Made by a program: the position numbers and the translations under genes
Notes under the pieces: generated by a model
What the model was told of the DNA's origin: nothing
Database searches by the model: none
Seen by the model: only the letters and a program-made list of their open reading frames with translations
Part shown: positions 54,803 to 64,000 of the stretch, in pieces
How positions within the stretch are numbered: position 1 is the stretch's first letter
Layout: each line of letters opens with the position of its first letter
Assembly: GCF_009914755.1 (NCBI RefSeq)
Contig: NC_060931.1
DNA length: 64,000 nucleotides
Reading direction: 5' to 3' (one strand)
Source: the human T2T-CHM13v2.0 reference genome, Homo sapiens

Positions 54803-56242
54803 TGTACACACACACAATCTGAAAAAATGTTAGAAAAGCAAATGTTTCAGCATACACAGATAGCCATTTATTTTGAAGATAATAGCAATTAGAACATAAG
54901 TATTACTTTATTGGATTTATTTTTAAAGGACCAAGTGTTATTTTCTTCTTACATCCTCTAAACCTGTCCCTTTGAGGGCACAGAATTAGTATATCATCAT
55001 CCATACTTCTTTCCTCTAAGTACAAACAAAATATTCAGGGCCTACTGGTGGCCTCCTCTTTTCATTCCCATTCTAGCTATTATAGGGTTTACTCTTGTGT
55101 TTTTTTTTTTTTTTAACTTCACAATGCATAATGGACTTTTTCTCAGTAAATATAGAACTAAGCCAGTTTTTAAGTAGCTACAAAATATAATTTGGATGTA
55201 TCATAATTTACTGTAATATTTCCCTATTGAAAATTTATTTTTTCCTGTTTAATTTCTATCCCAAAGTAAGTGTGCTAGGCCAAAATTATATGCATATTTT
55301 ACATGTTAATGGATAATATTATCTTGTTACCCACTGGACATGAATGTGTAATGATGTCATAGCAGAGATTTTTGTCAATTTGATGGATGAAAATTGGCAT
55401 TTTGATTGTATTTTGTAACAATCAGTTTCAATGTTTATTCACTCATATATTGATGAACCATTTGGATTTTCATATCTGTGAATTGCCTTTCCATATCCTT
55501 TGCCGCTTTATCTTTGGAGATTTTTTTTTCTTTTTTAAAAATGAGTTTATTACATATCTTTGTATAAGTTGCAAATATTTTCTTTAAGGTTGTTGGGTTT
55601 TTTGTTTGTTTTTGCTTTATTGCTAATGGTATGTTTTGCTGAATTGAAATTTACATTTTTTTGTGTTGTGATATTTATGTCTGAAAAACTAAAACCTAAT
55701 TTGGTATGTTATGAAATAGACAACAGATATATATTATTTAGGCAGGAAATGCAAATTATCTGTCTTTGCCCTTTAGATGATCTATGTACAGTTTTGCTTG
55801 ACATGTTTTAAAGATTTACTGAGATACTGTGTCATCTATAAATAATTTTTTAATTACACATTGCGACATTAGCTTAATATAAAAATACTGTTTTGCTTTA
55901 CCAGAATGTCATATTCTTCTGTTGATTTAAAACAATTTATTAGTTTTCAGAGGCTCTATTTTGTTAATTTTTGAATATCAGGACTGCTGATTTTAAAACA
56001 TGTTGAAGCTATCATTGATGTAACCTTTTGTGTAATGTATTGGATCTTAATGGTGTTGGATACATGTTTGGTGATTAATTCTAAAGGCAAAAATTATTGT
56101 TTCTATTGTAGATGTCAGTGGTGAACAATGAATTGCTAAATTTAATCGTTTTTTAATTTTCTAAATACTCATCCTATTTGGCCTCGTTTCAACATTTAAC
56201 ATTGGTGACCAACCTTCCTCCTTAAAACACTATCTTTTCTTG

Positions 56243-56432
56243 GTTTTGTTTTTTTCCTTTTTTTTGAGACAGTGTCTCACTGTGTTACCCAGGCTGGAGT
56301 GCGGGAACTGCAGGTGTGTGCCTGGCTAATTTTTGTGTTTTTTTAAGAGACAGGGTCTCACTATATTGTCCAGGCTAGTCTTCAACTCCTAGGTTCAGTC
56401 CTTCCACCTTGGCCTCCCAAAGTCCTGGGATT
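56243..56432 (-). mobile_element. Alu, antisense, with large internal deletions
   Basis: Joined Alu segments. Confidence 0.8.
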
Positions 56433-56504
56433 TGCTACTGATAAGTACAGTTTTTTTTAACCCTAGTTTTTATCAGTAGCAAAACATAATAGTTTAAAAA
56501 AAAA

Positions 56505-56695
56505 ACTGTGGTTAAATGCTTGAATTCTGGAGCCTAGTTATTTGGGTTCAGATTTTCACCCAGCATTTATTAGTTGTAACTTGTCTAGTTACATAATCTT
56601 TGTGCTTTAGTTTCCTCATCTGTAAACCGAGGATAATAATCTTTTTTACCTCTAGAATTGCTGTGAGGATTAAATGAATAAAAATATGTAGTGCT
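56505..56695 (+). mobile_element. MIR
   Basis: tagtttcctcatctgtaaa...gtgaggattaaatga. Confidence 0.8.
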
Positions 56696-56696
56696 T

Positions 56697-57235
56697 ATTC
56701 TCCTTCATCAACTCTCTCCTGGACCGTTGCAATAACCATCACCTTCTCTAGTTTGAGTACCTCTAGTCTGTATCCAGTTGTCTTACTAAAACATGAATTT
56801 GTTACTATTGTACTCAAATTTGTCCAGAGGCTTCCCATTTCTTGCAAGGTAAATCTAGACTGTATAGCATGGCTTATAAGGCCCTCCAAACCCAGCCTCA
56901 GTCTGTCTTTTTGTTTTCATTTCCAGCTGTTCACAGCTCCAGGTGACCTAAATTTAGATCATCGCAGGTCATTTTTTCTTTCTAAAACTAACCTGTTGCT
57001 TTTATGCCATCTTGCTTTTATTATACTTTATGTTATACCTTCTCTCTGAAATAACCTCGTCTTTTTCTCTGGGATGAGGGCTTCTCAATCACTTATACTT
57101 AGTCCATATGTCTTGGTCAGTGTATGATTCTTAGTGTATAAGCACCATTTTTTAATAATTAAATTAATTTTAATATTCCAGGTCCGAAGCCAATGCTTAT
57201 CACATAGTATGCCCCCAGTACATAACCAAATTGAA
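56697..57235 (+). mobile_element. L2 fragment
   Basis: ggcttcccatt...agcatggcttataaggccctcc...cacatagta motifs. Confidence 0.6.
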
Positions 57236-57718
57236 AAAACAATCTGTGGATTTTAATTAGTGGTACTTATTTAATATTTTAAAAGTTATAATTGTCAGAT
57301 ATTAATGGGATCTTGGCTTAGTTATGTTATTTTTATATACAAAACATTGAAATTTTGGTTAGATTGGAATGGTAGTTTTTGTCATCATTTGAATATAATT
57401 TGTATAGTAATTTAATTCATTGTTTTCATGGCTTTTATTGTTCTATGTGTATGATACCTATTAAATTCTTACTTGAGTTTTATTACTCTTAGTCCTCTTG
57501 GGTTTCTATGGATAGTACCTATTTCACTGAAATCTCTGCGTTATCTTTAATCTAAAAATATGTATGTACTATTAGTTTTTGCTAATTTTTACGTGGGGTA
57601 ATATCAAGTCAGTTAAATTAGATCTCACTACATCTTAATCCAGTTTTGGGTAGCATAAAATAAATAAGGGTATACTTTGTTTGTAAAGTCCCTGGGTTCC
57701 CTTTTCATTCTATTCTGA

Positions 57719-58093
<375 letters not shown>

Positions 58094-58644
58094 AGCACTG
58101 TTCTTCTTTCTTGACCTGGTTTTTTTGTTGTTGTTTTAGATATAGGTACTATGATATTGGGCCATAATCTTTGGCTTTGCTCCAATGATTGACTTCTAAG
58201 GAATCTTTACTCACGCAATTATTCCTTTTACTGACTATTGCTAATTATATTGTGGATTATAACCACAACTATATTTGACTCCCAGTGGTCTTCTCACTTA
58301 ATAATCTCTGTGTGTTTTCATTTGGCCCATGCTTCATCTGTGTGTGTGGTGTGTGTGTGATACATATGGACACATGTATGAGACTCTGTCACTCTTTTCT
58401 GGCATTGGATAAACATTTTGAAATATGCAATAAGAAATAAATAATTTAGGAACATTAGGATTATTTTAAGAAGTCGAATGGGGGCAAAAAGATTTTTAAA
58501 GTGTATAACTTGAAACTAACATAACAATTAAAAGTTACCCAGGGCAATTATTTATAAAACATAATTTTATAAGTTCTAATTTATAGAATAGTCCACTTTG
58601 TTTAATTCAGTATAAAATATAACTTTGCAGAGTTATCATTATTA

Positions 58645-58964
58645 CAGTCATCCCTCCATATCCGTGGGGCATTGATTCCAGGACCGCTCTCGGATATCAA
58701 AATCTGAAGATGCTCAAGTCCCTTATGTAAAATGCCATCATGTTTGCATATAACCTATGCATATGTTCCTGTATGCTTTCAGTTATCTCTAGATACTTAT
58801 TATAATACCTAATACAATGTAAATGCTATGTAAATAGTTGTTATACCATATTTTTTTTATTGTTGTATTGCTATTTTTTATTGGGTTTATTTTTCCCAAA
58901 TATTTTCCATCCATGGTTGGTTGAATCCATTGATGCAGAACCTGCAGATATGGAGGGCAGACTG
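58645..58964 (+). mobile_element. MER2 (TcMar-Tigger)
   Basis: TA|cagtcatccctccatatc ... gatatggagggcagactg|TA terminal inverted repeats. Confidence 0.88.
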
Positions 58965-58995
58965 TATTAACTTCAGAAGGTAATGTGTGTTGTTC

Positions 58996-59035
58996 ACATA
59001 CACACAAACACACACACACACGCACACACACACAC
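58996..59035. repeat. (CA)n microsatellite
   Basis: Visible interrupted dinucleotide run. Confidence 0.9.
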
Positions 59036-59999
59036 AGTCCTATTTCCCAACATGAGAAATTGTCAAATTTTTATGCATTAATAACTAATGAAAATAACAG
59101 AGTATTTTTGTTTTCATCCATTTTTAAATGTCTTTTATAAATGTATTTCATTTGTAATCCTGCTTTTTCATTTTAATGAAGAATTTCATTTTCTTACTGT
59201 TTTGGTTTTGTTAGTCATGAAATTTTTTTTAATCATAATAACCCTCCTGGGAATTTATCATAAGGAAATAGTCAAAGAAAGAAATGCTAATATAAAAAGA
59301 CATTTATAGCTATAGTTATAGTAGGAAAATTATTCCCACCGTAAATATATAACTCCCCAAATTAAAACAACTGAAAACACTGTATAGGAGGGGAGTGATA
59401 AACTATAACAAATCAGTATTAAAAAATTATGTATCTCCTATAGATTTATAGATTATAAGATATTTACATAGGAATGAGGAAACCTGTTTTATGTCATAAG
59501 TATATGCTACTAAATTGTTACATATAAGTGGCTAAAGATTAGAAGGGAACAAAAAATGAGCATGGTATTATTTTAGAATGGTAGGAGTCTGAGTAAAGTA
59601 AAATCTTCAACACCATTTTAAGGACATTAATCTCATGAATGTAACATTTAAGTAGAGCCTCATTTTGAGCACAGACAGACACAAAGATTAATTAGATATA
59701 AAAAAAAAAAACCGTAGCCCTGATCAGTTAACCGCAGCAAATAAAAACCTAAGACAAACCTTTTATCAGGAGCAACCATTGAGTAGGGCAACTCATATTC
59801 AAATGAAATAAACATCAAATCTCTTCCTCAAAACAACATTAAAGTTATCAGCTGTTTGCGTATGTAATTTCAGTTAGTTATGCAGTATACTAAATAAGGT
59901 GTAAGGATATGTTCATTGAGGCACAAACAATTCATTGACTTTTATATATGTATATCTTTTAAAGCTTGGATCGTATTTGAACACACCGTGGTTTCTCTA

Positions 60000-60173
<174 letters not shown>

Positions 60174-60365
60174 TCAGAACTCTGGAAATATTTTTTAATG
60201 AGATACTTAACATATGTCTATATTCTTCAAATACTCAGGCAAGTTTGAGCAAAGTATTATGAGTAGAAGAGGAGAAAGTTAGAATGGTTGATTATTGCCT
60301 CATGAATATACTATTAAAAGTGTGACTTTATGATGTGACTTTAGTGTAGAATTGTTCATGCATTC

Positions 60366-60673
60366 TTTTTTTTTTTTTTTTTTTTTTTTTGAGACGGAGT
60401 TTCACTCTTGTTGCCCAGGCTGGAGTGCATTGGCGTGATCTTGGCTCACCACAAACTCCACCTCCTGGCTTCAAGCGATTCTCCTGCCTCAGCCTCCCGA
60501 GTAAACTGGGATTACAGGCATGTGCCGTCACGACCGGCTAATTTTGTATTTTTAGTAAAGACGGGGTTTCTCCATGTTGGTCAGGCTGGTCTCGAACTCC
60601 TGACCTCAGGTGATTCGCCCGCCTTAGCCTCCCAAAGTGCTGGGATTACAGGCGTGAGCCACCTCACTTGGCC
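60366..60673 (-). mobile_element. AluSp/Sq-like, antisense
   Basis: gagtttcactcttgttgccc diagnostic; TSD tgttcatgc. Confidence 0.93.
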
Positions 60674-61359
60674 TGTTCATGCCTTCTTTATGTGTGTACG
60701 TGTGTCATTTTTTTATACTTAAGATTATGCATGAAGCCTCAAGTGTGATTTAATTCATAAATAGGCAACCAGTTGAGCTCTGTGAGAAGTGATTGGTCAA
60801 AGTACATGAAAGTAATTCTTTAAGTATATTCTCTATGAATCGTAGCAAGAGGAGGAGAAGTTCTGCTTTGAATGAAACTGGTAGGCACTCCCTGTAATTG
60901 CCCAGTGAATCAGGTTGACAAAGATAGCTACACAAGGAAGACAGGCCTACAAAGGACTAAATCAATGGGATTCAGTCACAAGCAAGTGAAATTATATCAG
61001 TCAATAACTTTCCTTATAAGTGACTGAAATCTTCCAGACCCATATTTTCCTTTTCAGGTTACTCATTTATGTCAATTATTAAAGAACTGCAAAATTGCCT
61101 GATTATATCAAGGACCTTGTTGTGACATGGTCTGTAAATGTAGATCTTTTTTTAAAAGAAAGTTGAGTTTCATGTAGAGCATTGAGCACGTTGACTGAAG
61201 ATTTGACTTTTTCCAAAGCTTGTAACTGTAAAGAAATTGTGGAATCTTGTTTTTCCCTTTAAAAATAAGATTCCTGTGTTTGTTTCTTCTCACCAGATTT
61301 ACTTTTGAATTTATTTCATATTAAAGATACTGAAAGGCATTCACTTATTTATACATTAG

Positions 61360-62060
61360 ATTTTTATGTAGAGGGTTTATAAGAGACAGAAGAATTCATA
61401 GGATAATGGGATCATTCCTAAAAGGATAAAGAAGTCTTCATATAAACCAAGGTGACAGGTGAATTGAATCTTGAAGTATGAGTAGGTTTTAGGAGATTGG
61501 GTCAGGAGGTAGCAGTCATTCAAGGGAATAAACAGACACAAATAAAGACAAAGTGGGACCATATGAGTCATGTGTGATGTAGGTTTAAGAGAATAGGTAG
61601 ATTGGGGCCTTGAGTGCAAGCTAATGATGTTAAGGGGTCCAATGGAGATTTATTGAAGACAAGGGATGATACAAAGGAGAGGATTGTAAAAGGTTGATAT
61701 TGTGGTGACATACCTGATGAACACATGGGCAGCTGGAGGAAGACCAGTTTGAGGGCTGTGAACCTAGACTGATGGAAGTAGAAATGCAAAGGATTAGAAA
61801 GATCTCGGAAACATAACATCATACTAGGGTTGTAGCAGATAATTAATGAAAAATGGAAAGGCAAGGAAGAAAGGGAAGCGTTTAAAGCAAACTGGATGAC
61901 TTTAAGCTGAATAATGGGAGAGAATGGTGAGAGTAGAAACAGAAAAAAGATGAGTTGGCTATATTTATTTTTTGGAGAAAAATATAATAGGTGAATAGAG
62001 GGTTTTTTTTAAAGGTCTACTGAATTAGACATTTTCAGAAAGCATTTAAAATTATGGGAT
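61360..62060 (-). mobile_element. L2 fragment(s)
   Basis: Purine-rich; gaattgaatcttgaag...cattcaaggga...ggaagaccagtttgagggctg. Confidence 0.55.
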
Positions 62061-62076
62061 TATAAATATAAAGAGG

Positions 62077-62443
<367 letters not shown>

Positions 62444-62863
62444 TTAAGTATTCAATTCTAATTTTCCGACCTTTGCTTTAAGTAAATGACTGCGTCTTTC
62501 AGTGGATATTGAAGGTACAGCAGGAAATCATGCTCTGTAAGAATGGAACACCTGAAAGAATTAGGTAGGTGTCCTTGGTTTAGTTGAGTCACAGGCTAAC
62601 TCCAGAGAAATTTAATTACCATGTAGCAGAGCCTCAAGATGAGATTTTAATACTCTGCCATTTTTAAGCTTTGTTTTGCTGACTGAAATACCTCTGTGTA
62701 TAAATAATACTTATCTCTGCTTAGTTGTATGTCAGCTGATTGACTTTAAAGTTGTGGAATATTTGTAATTTGTCTTTTACCCCCTTTATCTGTTTTGTAT
62801 TTGCTTCTATTCCTTTTTCTTTGTGGTTACCTTCATCCCAGCTAAATTTGCTCTACTTTAAGA

Positions 62864-63026
62864 CAGTGGTCCTTAAACATTAGGGTGCATTTGAAGCACC
62901 TGAAAGGCTTGTTAAAAGGGTTTCTGTTTTAAAATTCTGAAGTGGTGACCAAGAATTTGTATTTCTAACAGGTTCCCAAGTGATACAGATATTACTGGTC
63001 TGGAGACTAAACTATGGCAATCACTG
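62864..63026. mobile_element. MER5A-like
   Basis: cagtggtccttaaac...aagaatttgtatttctaacaggttcccaagtgat...aatcactg. Confidence 0.75.
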
Positions 63027-64000
63027 CCTTATGCATAAAGCCCTTATGCTAAAGTCCTAAGATAGTGGTTCTCAATTGGCTAGAGATACAAAAATATCAC
63101 CTATAGAAGGAATTACAGAAAAATAAGCAAAAACAGGCCTGGATCTCACTCTTGAAGATTCCAATCAGTAGGTGAACAATTTAGCAATAGTACCTCAGAG
63201 TTTAAGTTTAAGAAGTTTAAGAGTTTAAGGGCATATGCCTTTTTTGCATATGCCCACATATCACTCATCTAAACCCAGTGAATTGCCTTTTTGAAGTCTC
63301 TTTTTTTTTTGTTCTAATGTGAGGATGTCATGAGACCAAGAGCTCCATTCTTTACTCGCTGAACCTGATCATTGACTCTTAGGGCTTTTAGGGAGGAGAT
63401 ACAGTTGTCTTGGCCAAAATGGTATTATAAAATGTTGAAGCCAGGTGCTGATAAACTCAGAATTATTAAAAGCTCTTTTTGTAAAGTAACACACCAGTTA
63501 AAGGGTGTTTTTTTCCCCCTAATAGTGACCCTTGAATCAGATTGGCATGGCAACGTTCTAGATTGCTCTGAAATAGCACTTTGTCTGTTGTCTCCCTGAG
63601 ACAGTGATCTGTTTTCACTATAGTCAGAAAGTGTGATACAGTCCTGCCAAGCAAAACTAGCTTTCAGGCTTTAGATTCTAAACTTCTAATTTCCCTTAGG
63701 ACTTTCTCTTTAACTCATGGGTTATTTAGAAGTGTATTTTATTTCCAAATATTCGGAGGATTTTCCATATATATTTCTGCTAATGATTTCTGGTTTAATT
63801 GCATCTTTAATATCTCCGTCATCCCAGAGTTTGTTCTGCTGATTGCTTTGTTTCTTGACAGTGGATTTTCTTTTTCATTTTATGTGCCTCATAACTTTTG
63901 ATTGAATGTTGGACATCATGAGTTGAACAGTAGAATACTTACGCCTGAAAAGGGCACACCTGTTCTTTTTCAAGGCTGTTAGTATGGGGGAGTTGAGTCA

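Overview
Primate genomic DNA, most likely human, with many Alu, L1, MaLR and MER insertions. The window lies entirely inside the PHF14 (PHD finger protein 14) gene on the + strand. Nine consecutive coding exons (6245-6391, 7023-7293, 7590-7696, 9365-9460, 11277-11380, 13288-13419, 22217-22385, 32396-32446, 32569-32690) splice into one open frame. It encodes the end of the PZP/ePHD region, a coiled coil, a complete PHD finger and the first CxxC of the last PHD finger. The remaining >31 kb is a single intron full of transposon relics. The gene and repeat subfamily names come from recalled sequences, not database searches. I found no convincing previously undescribed gene system or RNA gene. The most interesting observations are: a GC-AG intron before a frame-symmetric PHD exon; candidate stop-containing (poison) exons, the best about 600 nt after the exon that starts the last PHD; an Alu-flanked, stop-free 525-nt exon block that could form a circRNA; a templated-insertion/hairpin DNA-repair scar; a GATA/RUNX/ETS motif cluster; and several nested or atypical retroelement insertions.
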